Assembly: GCA_000708835.1 (NCBI GenBank)
Contig: DF237106.1
Location: forward strand, 22,370 to 86,369
Length of the DNA stretch: 64,000 nt
From: Klebsormidium nitens
Lineage: Eukaryota; Plantae; Klebsormidiophyceae
Direction of reading: 5' to 3'
The position numbers and the translations under genes are program-made. Numbering within the stretch: the stretch's first letter is position 1; each line of letters starts with the position of its first letter. Under the pieces are notes generated by a model, which did no database searches, was not told where the DNA came from, and saw only the letters and a program-made list of their open reading frames with translations. Of the stretch, positions 13,085 to 25,600 are shown piece by piece.

Positions 13085-16000
13085 CTACGCACGCGAGCCG
13101 GGAAAATCTTCCCTCAATTCAAGGGCCATCTTCTCGTCCAAACTCCCTCGATCCGCGGCATACTTTGGCGACCCCACCTCTAGGCGGGCCAGCCTTCTCA
13201 TCGCCGCGAAGCGCTCGACGATCAGCACTCCAAAGCCCTTCCTCCGTTCGATGGCTTCCTTTAGCAGCGATCCGACGGTGAACAGGATCCCGAGCAGCGA
13301 GATCGCGATGGACGAGACGAAAATTTCGTCGTCGACGTAGATGCGAGTCGCCCGGGAGCTGCCCAGTATATACAGCGCAGACTGGAAGACCGACTGGGGG
13401 AGCGTCTCCAGCACGGTTTGCAGCAAACTGCGCGCCTCCTGGTAGTACCGAAAACTGAGCGGTTCCCCGCCCACCAAAAGATGCACCCCCAACCGCCCCA
13501 GAATACCCAAGACGTCAAACGCGGGCGTTGCCAACACTCCAAGCGGCCACAGAAGCAAGGTGAGCAGAAAGCGACGCGCGGAGATAAAGCTGCTTTCGCC
13601 GCCCGTTGAGAAGTCGGCGTCTGGCGGGCAGGGGGGCCAGAACCAGGCGACACGGACCCCCTGCGGAAGGGCTTTCCGGTCGCCTTTGCACGCCCAGCTG
13701 TCCGCCACTAGAAGCCCGGACATAAGGAAAGGCCCGGCTATGCACGGTAAGAGAACCCACATCGGCCAAACGCCCCAGACGTCTACCAAGACCAGGATAT
13801 TAAGGGCGACCGACACGGGCATGAACAGGGATGTCAGGACGCCCAGCAGCTCCTTCAGGTTTGCGACAATGCGTGACGTTCCGCCGCGCTCTTTTGGAGG
13901 GCCGGATCGCCGTTTCCGGCGGCACAACGCGGCGACCAATACCACGAGAAGAACGCCGAAGGTCGCCCACGTGACCGCCACCACGAGGACCGCGTTCTCG
14001 TTCTTGCACAGGTTCTTCTGGCGCACGTTTGTATAGCCCACTCCCACGTATGCCGCGCTCCCGGGGCCGAAGTCCAGCTTATCCAGGAAGTCGGTGTCGT
14101 TCAGATAGACGGCCCGTCCGTCCACCAGAAAGTAGTCGTCTCTGACTTGCAAATCCAACCGCCCCTGCATTTCTCCCAGCGTCTCCACCAGGTTCGCCCG
14201 CCTCTCTCGCAGCGACAGCGGAAAGATTTCCGGCGCGCCGACCGGGACGAATTTCGGCGACTCGCCCCGGACCATCACGGCAATCTTCCCCAGGCAAACC
14301 GTTCTTCTGGTCGCCCGCGAGAGTTCGGAACCGGAACCCGTGACGTCGAGAACGCAGCCCTTGGGTGAGAAGCACGACCCCCAGAAACGGATGCTCGTTA
14401 GTTGGACGCCGATCAGGCGGAAGAATTGGCAGGCGGACGGAACGTAGGACAGGTCCGGTTCAGGTGGGGCCTGGTTCAGAGGGAGGGTTTGGGCGTTGAC
14501 CGAAGTCGGTAAGCGAGCTGGTTTGCGAACACCAAATCAAATGCGTCAGGCTTTTCTATAACGTCCGGTGCAATTCTAGCTCATACGGAGTGTTCGAAGC
14601 GAAAAACTTTGTCGAATGCCTAGGTTCTGGTCTTTCCCGGCCCTTTCGTTCCTATGAGCCTGAAATAATCTCTAGGTTCTAGCGTGACGATTGTTGAGGC
14701 CACTTTTCCAGCTTCTTTGTTGGTACCGTGACCAGCGAAACGGCTACCATCAATTGGGACTTTGTTGGATGGCGGGTTGCCGGAAGATGTAATCACGGGG
14801 TCAACCGAAACCCACGTGCATCAGAACGGCAGGCAGCGTGCTGATATGTTCGAAATTCCGCAATCCTTGGCAATCAGAACGGATTTCAAGGCACCAGAAA
14901 GACCGACTCAATCGCGCAAGCTCGTCTCGTCCATTCACCTGGCTCTTGTACGTGAACTGCGCATAGGAGAGGTTCGACATCGCCGCGGCTTCAGGAGGAA
15001 AGAAGCCGTCCAAGCTTGTGTTCCGCAGCGACAGGTACTTGAGCTTCTTCAGACCGGAAAGCTCCGGCGGAATGGGGCCGGACAGCCCAGTGTAGCTCAC
15101 GTTCAACCGGGACAGGTTTGCCAGGTTGCCGAGTTCTGGGGGGATTGGACCAGTGAGTGCATTCTCCTGCAAGTAAAGTATGGACTTGAGATCTGCCGTT
15201 TCTTCTACTTGGCGTGACTCGATCTGAACTGTTGAAGAAGCGTGTCACAAGAGCTCACACCATGAGCCTTGTTCTTGAAATGATGGGCAATCAGCCTGGG
15301 GTTGAGTTTACCGGAAGGTTTGGTTGCTAAACCAGGGTCAGTAATCAGTTTATAGTATGATTTTTGACCAACAATCGCGTTGTAGCTATGTTAAAAACCT
15401 GGTATCTGCTCTCTGCTTGAGTCTGGTTATGATGAGTTTCGAAGCAGTCCGTGACCGACCATGGTTAACCGCCACAAAATCCAGTGGAACCGGGTAGAGT
15501 CCCAGAAGCTGTCCTGAATTCTGCTCCATCTTCGACGAGAAGCAGAGGAGACGTGTCAGACCATACAAACTTGATTACCTAGGGCGTCGGAAAGGGGAGG
15601 CAACTAGCCATAAACACAGAACGTTCAGAGAAGAGAACGTTACGACGAAGCCCTATGTAACCCCCAGTATACACAACTGTGCATAACGGGCCAGGTCTCA
15701 AGCTTCTGCCGGCCCGCTTGTGCGGAGAAGAGCGGCTAAGACAATTGGCAACTTGAAATACGAGTGGCATAGAAGCGACGGATAACAGACAGACGTTAGT
15801 TGCACTTCAGACTCGCAGTCTACCTACCTGCAGGAAAATGATCTGGAGTGACGTCACGGCCCCAAGCTCCCGGGGAATCGAACCGGTCAGGTTATTCTGC
15901 TCGAGGCTGAGGAAGGTGAGGTTCCGCAGGTTGGAAAGCGTGGGGGGTATGGGGCCCTCTAGCGAGTTTGCCGCCAACACAAGAAAGTTGAGCTGAGCGG

Positions 16001-18413
16001 CGGAGCCCAGTTCCGGCGGAATCAGGCCGGAAAGAGAGTTGTCGTACACACTGAGGTGGAAGAGGGCGGGGAGACTCCCCAGGCAGGCGGGGATCGTCCC
16101 GTTGAGAGCGTTGCCTGAGAGGCCCAGAATCTGCAGCCCTTTGGCGTCGCAGAGGTCGGTGGGAATCGGCCCCGAGAACCGGTTGTTTTCGAGGAAGAGG
16201 TAGATCAGCTGCGTCAGGAAAACCAACGGGGTTAGACATACGTGAGCGACGTAATAATTATACTGGCGCCGCTAACAGCGTGGACTTCAAGGGCAATTGT
16301 GTAATCAACGTCAAATGTGTCGAAGAGAGTTCTTATGCTTCTGTCAACCCGACTAGATTTCCTTCCGAACCAGGCGCTAAACACGGGTTTGAGGACAAAA
16401 CAGCTTACGCTTACGCTTACGTGTTGCACAGTTCATTGGCTCAGACCGTTCAAGCCCGTAGCAACTTCTCCTCACGAAAGAGGACTTCTGCTGGTACCAG
16501 CTTAAAGTGGACTAGTACGTTAACTCCTCAAAACCCCACCTGCACTACCACGCTAACGAACCAAAGAACGCATTGAGAACTGCAGCAACCATTCCGGCCG
16601 GCCCGCATAGGAACCCGCTTATGACCAACCCATCCAACCAAGAAGGGGAACGAAAGCGAAAGGCAAAGAGGTGAACGAATATGCAAACGCTGTACCTGCG
16701 TCGACTGGCCGAGTCCCGTAGGGAGCTCTCCCGACAGAAGGTTACCGTTGAGCGCCAATGCCAAAAGGTCGGGGAGCGCGGCGAACCCCGGGGGAAGAGG
16801 ACCGGACAGCTGGTTGAACGGAAGCAAGCAGAATTGGAGGCGCGTCAGAGCCGCAAACTCCTCCGGAATGGAACCCGTCAACTGGTTAAGACTCAGCTCT
16901 AAAAGAAGGAGCTTGGTTAGCGAACCGAGGGAAGCCGGAATAGAACCGGTCAGGTTGTTCCCGTTGAGATAGAGGAACTCTAGTGATTCGAGATTGCCCA
17001 ATTCCGGGGGAATGGAACCGCTCAGCTGGTTGACCTCCAGGCTAAGAGCTCAACCAGGTTCCCAAGCTCCCGGGGAACTTCCCCGGTTAGGTTGTTAAAC
17101 CCCAGGTTTAGAGCAAGGAGGCCGGTTAAGTTCCCGAGCCCAGGGGGAATGGTTCCGGTTAACCCGTTCTCGTCTAGGTAGAGCAGGAGGAGCTCGGGAA
17201 AGTTTTCGGGGCGGGGTATCGGCCCGGAAAGCAGGTTCGTTTTGAGGTTAAGGAAGCGCAAAGCGCTCGGCGTTCCACCCAGGTCGCCAGGAATGGGCCC
17301 CGTCAAACTATTGTTACTGGCGTCCAGAAGCAGAAGCTCCGTCAGTCGGTTGAAGCTCCCGGGAATGGGACCCGTAAAGAAGTTGTTCTGGAGATACAGG
17401 AGTCGAAGCTTGGCGGCATCGCCGAGCTCGAGGGGAATTGCCCCGGTCAGGTTGTTATCGTTGACGGCCAGGACTGCGAGGCTCGGGAGAGCGCCGAGTA
17501 TTCCAGGGAGGGTTCCGCTCAAACCGTTGGAGGAGAGGTTTAGGTTTTCGAGCCGTTGCGCGCGGCCGAGCTCCGGCAAGACTGGGCCAGTCAGGGAGTT
17601 GTTGGCTAGGGCTAACGTGGTTAGGGAAGGGAAACCGGCCGCGTCTACGGGGATCCCTCCGGACAGAAAGTTGTCGCTGATGTCAAGCTCGGTTAGGTTA
17701 ACGAGGTTGCCAAACCCGGAGGGGATCTGCCCGGTGAGCGCGTTCTGAGCCAGAGTGAGTTGCACGAGTGCACGCAACTCTGCTAAAGAGGCCGGAATTG
17801 GGCCGGTGAAGGCGTTCTGGGCGAGGTTAAGCACCGAAAGGTTAGCCAGCAAACCCAACTCCGGTGCTAAGGGCCCTGAGAACCTGTTCCCTGACAGATC
17901 TAGAATTGAGAGGTTGGTTAATTTGGTGACTGCCGTAGGGAAGCCGCCCTCAAGACCATTTTGCGACACATCCAGAACCTGTAACCTGGCCAACTCTGCA
18001 ATCTCTTCCGGAATGGACCCTCTTAGAAGGTTGTCAGACACGTTGAAATACTCGAGCTGACCAAGGTCGCCCAAACTAGGAGCCGCGTTAACCCGGGGTT
18101 CGAACCCTGTCAACCGGTTGCCAGACAAGTCGAGGGCAGTCACGTTCAAAAGGCCCCCGAGAGCCTGGGGGATTTGCCCACTTAACCGGTTGTTGGAAAA
18201 GTCGATGCCAGTGAGGAAACCGTAGTCGCCGAGCTCTTGGGGAATTGTGCCGGTTAGTAGCTCCCCCGACAAGTTGAGAGCGGCCGGGACTCCGAGGGTT
18301 AAGGTCGGGGTTAGCCGGTTGATCTCGACAATGGTTAGGGCTTCTCCTTGGGGAAGCGGACAGGTGGCGATAGCGAGAAGAGTCAGACCCAGCGTAAGGC
18401 GGATAGCGGCCAT
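13085..18413 (-). CDS. LRR receptor-like protein with C-terminal multi-pass XK/Xkr-like membrane domain (~1240 aa); frameshift at ~17041
   Basis: Exons 18413-16696, 16208-15828, 15166-14939 and 14470-13085. Signal peptide MAAIRLTLGLTLLAIATC is followed by roughly 28-30 plant-type LRRs (LxxLxLxxNxLxGxIPxxLG). TM1 plus RRKRR is followed by ~4-5 further hydrophobic segments including LETLPQSVFQSALYI. No kinase domain. The frame breaks inside an LRR near 17041. Confidence 0.85.
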
Positions 18414-18639
18414 TGATTGCAACTAGTATATGTCACCTGCAAAAAAGAAGAGAGTATGTTCTTGTCTGCATCCAATGGACGTAGCTGGCAAATCTGTTTC
18501 TGAGAAAGGATGCGCGCAAGTGGAAAGAGACGCTGATTATAATCGTTATGTGTGACATTACGTGTCCTGCTGTGCGTCTGTGATGCAGTTTCCGTTACTA
18601 CGGAAGATCCTCAGCGCCACTCATGCAAGGTTGAAAGAG

Positions 18640-20480
18640 GGGAAGCCATATGGGCTCCTTTTCAAGGATTCAATCCTCTTCCAAGGTACCTCTTTCTGTA
18701 AACAAATCTGAAGGCCCTCCAAGGAAACCAATTCTTGAGACTCTGACTGATGTTTCTACTGAAGAAGGCGCTTACAGACAAATCCAGATCTTATGTAAAG
18801 CCAACGGCTGTGGCTGCTGCAGGGTATCTGATGCGGGCTTGGCTTTGGACTTGCGAGTAACAAGGGGCCCGGAGGTTGGATGTGCACTTTACAGACTTTC
18901 ATTTGCTGGTTCCATGTTGTTAGTCTCGTGCTGAAAGGCAATTCTAGTCTTTTGCTGAAAGGCAATCCCTGCTGAGGATGGATATTTCTTTTTAGTATCT
19001 ACATCCACACAACGTGTCGACTCGATATCTACCGCAAATTGATGCAAGGGATGTCTGCTTGAGACAAAAGAGCGTCACAACAGCTGTATAACATCCACCA
19101 TCATGACAGTGTCGAGCCAACAAGCGGCTCCTGTGAGCTTCTGTTTTGACCATTTTCAGCTGTCTGCTTGATACGCCCCGAGGTGAGTCACAATCTATTA
19201 GAAGCAACCAGTGAAATAAACTTCAAAGCATCCGACCATTGGACTGAGGCTGACCTTGACCAAGAAATGCCAACGGACCCAAGATCTGAGAGAAGGCCTG
19301 CACATTCTTAAACTCGATCAACTTCAGCCCCATGATCGCAAATATCCCGACCAGCCATGCAAAATTCTGAAGAGCGTAAAGCACGAACCCCCTCTGAATG
19401 TTTTCCTGCCCCAGGATAACCCTGGATTTCAGGGCCAACAGATAGGCGCTGCCAACTGAGGAATTCCTACACTGGCGTCCCAAGTAGTCCAGATAGCTTC
19501 AAGAGGTGGCAGTCAGAAGCAACCTCTTCAACTGCAAAGTACATGAGACATTGCGCTATCACGCTTGGGCCAGCTGCGAGTCATCCACGGGGACACACAC
19601 AGCAATGCTCAAAGGCGCTGCATGACCAACTTTGTACATAGTTTGAAGGCTGCAAGCCCTAGATAAGCTGGCGCAGACTTAGCAATATTACGAGAGCTGC
19701 ACCTAGTCATTAACGTTGCCTCACCAAGACCCCAAAGGCTGACCAAGTGTCGAGCACTCACGGGCAGCTCACCTCAGATTGGGCATCGCATAAGCATCTA
19801 AGTGGCAATGCCCTTGCCGAGCCTTTTCACAAAGAGGCTCAATATGTAACGGGGACGACGGGTTTCAAGCAGAAATACAAGCCGCAACAACCAGGCGTGT
19901 AAGTCAACAAAAAATGTACCAGAGTTCGTTGTGGATGTGGTTCATAACTCACACATTTGAATGCTGCCGTAGGCAATGACTGCGCCTCGACTGCGGGCTT
20001 GTACATCGCCAATCAGCGCCCTGATTCTGATAGAGCGCTCTGTGCCAAGAGGAGATTGAGCTGTGGATAGGAGAATAGCATGGGGTTCTTTTGCTGAACC
20101 CGGCCTTTGTGTACTGCAGGAAAAAATCTGAAAATCTTACCTCAATGCACGGTAGCGCCAAGTGACTGCACTGGCCTGCCGATACTAGTCACCCTGGGTC
20201 TGCGGTTGCCCTTGATCAAATTTGGATAAAGCAAGTGTTGATGTACTGACAGGTCATATTGTCCTTAGTCAGCTTCAAACCAAGCCACCAGGTTGATGTA
20301 CCCAAGACGCCCAGAGGTAGCTTGCTGCAGAGACTCTCAAAAAAGGAAGATAATTTATAAACGAAGACCGCTATGACACTGATCAACAGATCATTTACAC
20401 GAAGCACTCCCTCAAGAGGCCCGTTTGTCGACTCCCTGCGCCGTTTAGATTCTGTGAAAGTGACTGTCAAGGACCCGGCG
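18640..20480 (-). mobile_element. Possible highly degenerate non-LTR retrotransposon (LINE) fragment
   Basis: Broken minus-strand frames give LIGDVQAR (cf. APE endonuclease GDFNAR), WWMLYSCCDA and LFTERGTLEED (cf. PIFKKGD) in the expected order. Motif matches are weak and there are many stops. Confidence 0.3.
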
Positions 20481-21825
20481 AGAAAAGAAACAAGAATCCC
20501 GACCCACTTCTTGCTACTTTAATCGGTGGTGCTCCACCCTAACCACCAAGCTAACCCAACCGTGCCCCGGGCGACTCTCGACCCAAGAAAGCTTGTCTCA
20601 AGTTCAACTTCGAAATGTCGACATCAACGTGGGGTCGCGACTGGTCGCAACTGCACTTTTTCAGCAGAGGTCCTTGGTTCGTACCGTGACCTTTTTGGCA
20701 CAATTGGTGCGATCAATCGAAGTTTGCCCCGGGGCGCTTCCTGCGCACCATGCAGCATCCTCGGGGAACAGTGCCTCCTGGGGAAGGGCGGGCCAGTTTG
20801 CCCCGAGGCCCTGAGTCGCTGCAAAAGCCGCCCGGGGACGCAAAGAACTTCTTTCCGGGGGTGCTATGCGCCCCGGTTTACGCCCCCCCAGGCGAACCGC
20901 GCGGCGCTGCCGTGCTGATTTTGTCGGGGGGATCCCTGAATTGTCATGATGATGTGGGACCTGGGGTGACAGGTATCTACTGAACAGTGAACTGTTCTGC
21001 GCTCATCACTTGCTGCTCAGCTGTTCAAAGAAACCAAGAGCGTGAAGAAAGTCGAACTCCACCTCGAAGCAAGAGGAACAGGAGAAAGAAGGAGAAGCAG
21101 CTTGGCGATGCCAGTACCGGCTAGTTGCAGAAAGAAGGGAATGCAATGACAGGTAAGCATTTGTCAGAAGAAGAGTTTACGTGCGCTCTGGCATTTCTTT
21201 GCAATCACCTCAGCTAGAACCTTGCATGTAGCCGGACATGTAGCATCAGAGCAGCAGGCTGCAGAAAGTTCAGCAGATGCATTGTCAATGTCTCATTTGA
21301 GTGACAGCATGCATCATGGTCAAGAGCAGTAGATGCAGTCTAGTGCAATACTCTGTTTCCCTATGGCCGGGGTCTATTGAATCTTGTATCTTGTCTTACC
21401 CTGTTTGACTAGAGGGCCGTCAATGCCTGCCAATCCGAGAAGTGCCGCAATGCTCTTCTATCTTGAGGCATTTTCAAAGCTTCTTTGCGAATGGAAGCAC
21501 AGGATCATGAATCCCCTGTAAGCAACTCTGGTCAAAGAGCTTGGGCAGTCTGGACTTTCAGCTCATTTTGGTGTCATTCAGTCAGGCTGTAAGAGGATTT
21601 GGGGCAGCGGTCTTCAAACCTAACCAGGCTTGGTGCAATGGTCTTAACTTATCCTGAATGAATAACCTCGACGTAAGCACGTGAAGGCAATGTCCAACAT
21701 CTCACCACAGCAAATCCCTGAGATTTTAAGTACAGATGACTATACAGGGCTTCTAGGCAGAGGTAGTGGTTATCTCATGGCTGGCCAAACCAACAATGTT
21801 GGGTGTGTCAAGACGCATGAATATC

Positions 21826-21851
21826 AAGTAGTTAAGTAGTTAAGTAGTTAA
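21826..21851. repeat. (AAGTAGTT)3 microsatellite
   Basis: Three exact 8-nt units plus AA. Confidence 0.85.
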
Positions 21852-22699
21852 CTCCGCCCTCACGTGAGTTTTCTAGTGGCAAAAAGTGGGTTCAGTGGTT
21901 TTCACAGAAGTGCTTTGGAAGTGCTGTCAAAGGCACCTTGCTCTTCTGTGCCACATAATTTGCCTGATCTATGTAGAATCATGCTTTCATCTTCTTTCAA
22001 TGAGACACCTCTGAGACTGGCTGGAAGTGCGTCGAAAACCAACCGGCGCCTTCTCGTAACCAGCGGTTTACCCTCCGCTAAAAGAACTCTTTTCATAGAG
22101 AAGGGTAGGGAACCCTGTTGAGAAATTCTTCAGAAAGCCAACAGGTACTGGTACCTTGTAAGTAACTTACAGGTGTTTCAACTTGCCCTCCCCCTGTTAT
22201 CCCAAACAAGGTGCAACTAACTCCTCGAATCACCAACAACATCTGTTTACTTGGAGGAGCATGTAGTCCAAGACCTGGGCAAGAAGGGTTTGAAAAGTGC
22301 GTATGCTTAGAAAGGGCAGTTCTGGACGAATATTGGGATAGTTTGGCCAAAATCCCAGTCTTCTTGGAACGCCCCACCATCAAATTCATATTCAGGACCC
22401 AACAGATTCCAACCCCCAAATTTGACCAAGTCCATTCCATCTCCTTACAGATATATACTTCTGAACTCGTCAGATTCTCGTTCTGGTGTGCCCCGTACAT
22501 CAACAGGCCCGTCTGAGGAAAGCAGACTGTGGTTGATTTGCACCAGACAGAGTCAAAAACAGACAAGTTCATTCCAGAAGCATGACGTAGAGTCCATGTA
22601 GGCCCCTCCAGACTCAATCCATTCCAACCCACTTCACACTCTCGTACAGGGACCCAGATTACGCGAGCTGTCACCATGAGGGCACAGACACCTGTCACC

Positions 22700-25600
22700 A
22701 TGCACGCTTGGACACCTGTCCTGGTGTTCCTCCTACTAGGCTCTGCTGCCCCACAAGTCTTTGCTGGCTCGGGCGCCTTCGACGGCTCTTCCTACACCTT
22801 TTGCGTGGCCGTACTGTTCAACGCCTCAGCGAGCGACATTGCGCTCATGCAAACAGTTTTCACTGCGGCCAGTCAGGTGACCGTCTGCCATGCTAATCTC
22901 AGGTCTAACCCTCACCTAACCTTGCGTAACCACCTTGCCTGACAATCACAGCTTTTGAACAGCTATCAGACTGGACTAAAGGTGTTTGCTCACATTGTGG
23001 GAGAGGCATAAGGTGTTGCTGTGCTGGCAACCCCGGTTAGTACAGGGCTTCTATGACCACACTTTACCAGGGCGTTTGTTGAGGCAGATTTCTTTAGATG
23101 AGGACCCGCTCCAAAGTTGGTACCCTCCCTAGTCAATCCACCTCTACACCTAATTGAAACACTAAACCCGTAGTTAGGCGCCATTTATGTCTGCCTAGAC
23201 AAGCTTAGACTAAGCTAGCACCTCCACTGTTGGCCGTGAAGCTTCAGAGCGTCCGACTGGTAACCCGGTAACGTTGAGGTCAAAGTCGAGTTAGACCTCT
23301 AGTGCCATGACCTCCTGCATCATCGCCCTGCTTCTAAATCCCTTCTCCGAGATGGTAGTTGGCAGAAGCTTTTGGATCGGTCTGTTTCCTTGAGACTTGA
23401 AGCCCAAAACGGCTGCGAGGGACAAAAGGAGAACTCATCCGTCACCAAATGTCATCGTACAGCTAAACAGGTTGCGCTACCAAAGCATGACCTGGAGCAA
23501 CTCTGTCCCGTTATGCAGGTGTTTAACGATGCAACGGACGGGCAGCAGCAGTTTGGGACGATCAAAATCGTGCCCAACTCTGTGCTGTCAGATGATGCGG
23601 AGTTCTACGTCCACCCGCTCAGCGGCCGCGCTGACCCCCCGACCGCCGGCATCGGGGGAGGGGGACGCTACGGATACAAAGGGGAGGTGAGGCGCTTCGA
23701 TCATAGCGGAGGATTGTTGCAGTGATAGGCGTGATCCAAACTGGTTAGCTGGTACGAAACACTGGCAAGTTTAGACTGTGTTTAGTGACTGTCTGTCAAG
23801 TTTGGTTCAGAGGGGACATCTGCTGTTTGACTTGCGTTGAAAGCTTCAGTAAAGTGGTTGCTTGGCTGGGTTGACACTGGCAAGGACGAATTGCGAAAGG
23901 GCTTCTCATGCAGAGGAAGCTCTAACCAAGCGTCGAAAGCTCCATACTTTTTGATCGTGTTGCGTACGCAAGGCCGAAGCCTGTAAAACACAGCTCGATC
24001 CGTGTACGTAAGCGGAGCCGAACAGCTCTTTCCGAGCCTGCAAACCGCTTTTCCTTTTCTCGCAGCACGTCAATCTTTACTGGCCGGACAACTTTGCGAA
24101 CACGACCGTGGACGAGGGCGCGTTTAGCATCGCCCATGAGATGGGCCATCTAGTGTTTGGACTCGGCGATGAGTATTCGGCGAGCGGGAACACCTCGTGC
24201 GCTGCGGATACAGCTGACGGCAGCCTCTCGTAAGCGACCGCCTTTTCAGTCAACTCCCCTCCTCTGCAGTGTACGCTTGTTGAAAGAAAGAACGCATAGC
24301 AAGATCTGACGGCGTTCGCTGAATTCAGTCGTAGACATGACTTGTATATCCGTGGTACCTGTCTGAAAGAATGCCTAGCAGCATAGAAAAGAGATCCAAA
24401 CAATATCTATTAAAAACTTAACACGCCCCTATCTTTCTTGATAAAGAAAAGCTGGTGTGAGCACTTGGTCAGGCTTTGTGAACCAGTCACGCCCCCCGGA
24501 CATGAGATGAATACCGAGTCTCGTATACATGGCAATCATCTGGTTAGGCAGTTGATTTCGGTGATGTCGATGGCATGTGGTGCTTTTGCTCGACTCACTC
24601 GCAAAGCTTTGGCTGGTGTTAGGTAGAGGAGCAAGCTCTGCCCTTTGCTATTTCTCATCAATTCAAGTCGTCGAAGTTCTCAAATCGGCGGAAGCTTTGG
24701 AGAATCTGCGTTTCTTGTAAGACCTCACATTTCAGACATGTTGAACTTCCAAACCCCAGGTTTACGCTGACCGGAAGAAGTGGGCAAGCTTCATTCGTCG
24801 ATGCGGACGTTTCAACGCTTTAGTTCGTTGCTTTAAACGAATCCAGTCTTCACCTTTTTTCAAACGTGGACAACTTCCTGTCGCGCAGGTTCTGCTTGAT
24901 GGACAAACTTCCTGACGCTCGGCTCGCGCAGAAACGACACCACCGCGCGGCCGTCGCTCAAGGAGTTCTGCGTGCACGACGTGGGGGGCACCTTAACCCA
25001 CGACCCTAACCTCGACACTGACCAGAGCAAATGGCACGCGAACCGCTCCTGTTGGGACACCATCGCAAACCACACTTCCCGCCCGGCGGCCCCGCCAAAA
25101 CGGGGGCAGCTCCCCATTCCTACGGTCCCCCCTCCCTCGGTTGTCAACTTCCCGAGCACCGGTTCTGGGCTGAGTGTAGTGGTTGTGATCGACCGGTCGT
25201 ACAGCATGGATGATGACGACAAGTTTGAGTACGCTAAGGCGGGGGCGATCGCTTATATAAACTCTCTTTCTGAGGGCGACAGGCTGGCGGTGGTTTCCTT
25301 TGTGTGCGGCGCGGGGCGCGACATGGAGCTGACGTCAGTCGACGGGTCCGGCGTCGTCAAGAGCACCGCCAACAGCGCCGTTCAGAACCTGAAACTGGGC
25401 AGCGGAACCGGAATCTCCGCCGGAATCCAAGAAGCGATCGACATCCTCATCGACGCCCCGGTTCGACCCTGCCGGGAGATCATCCTCCTGCTCACCGACG
25501 GCGATTACAACTGCGACGTCCAGCCGACGCGGCTGATCCGGGTTCTGCAAACCGAGGGGATTTCGCTCAACGCGCTCGCGGTCGGAGTGGACTTAACCAC

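Noticed and set aside
17242-18060. Long + strand ORFs (168 aa, 101 aa) opposite the LRR exon
   Set aside because: Antisense shadows of a GC-rich repetitive coding exon; no independent motifs.
21200-21460. P-loop/NB-ARC-like words (PAIGKQSIA) on the minus strand
   Set aside because: Multiple stops and no Walker B or other supporting motifs.
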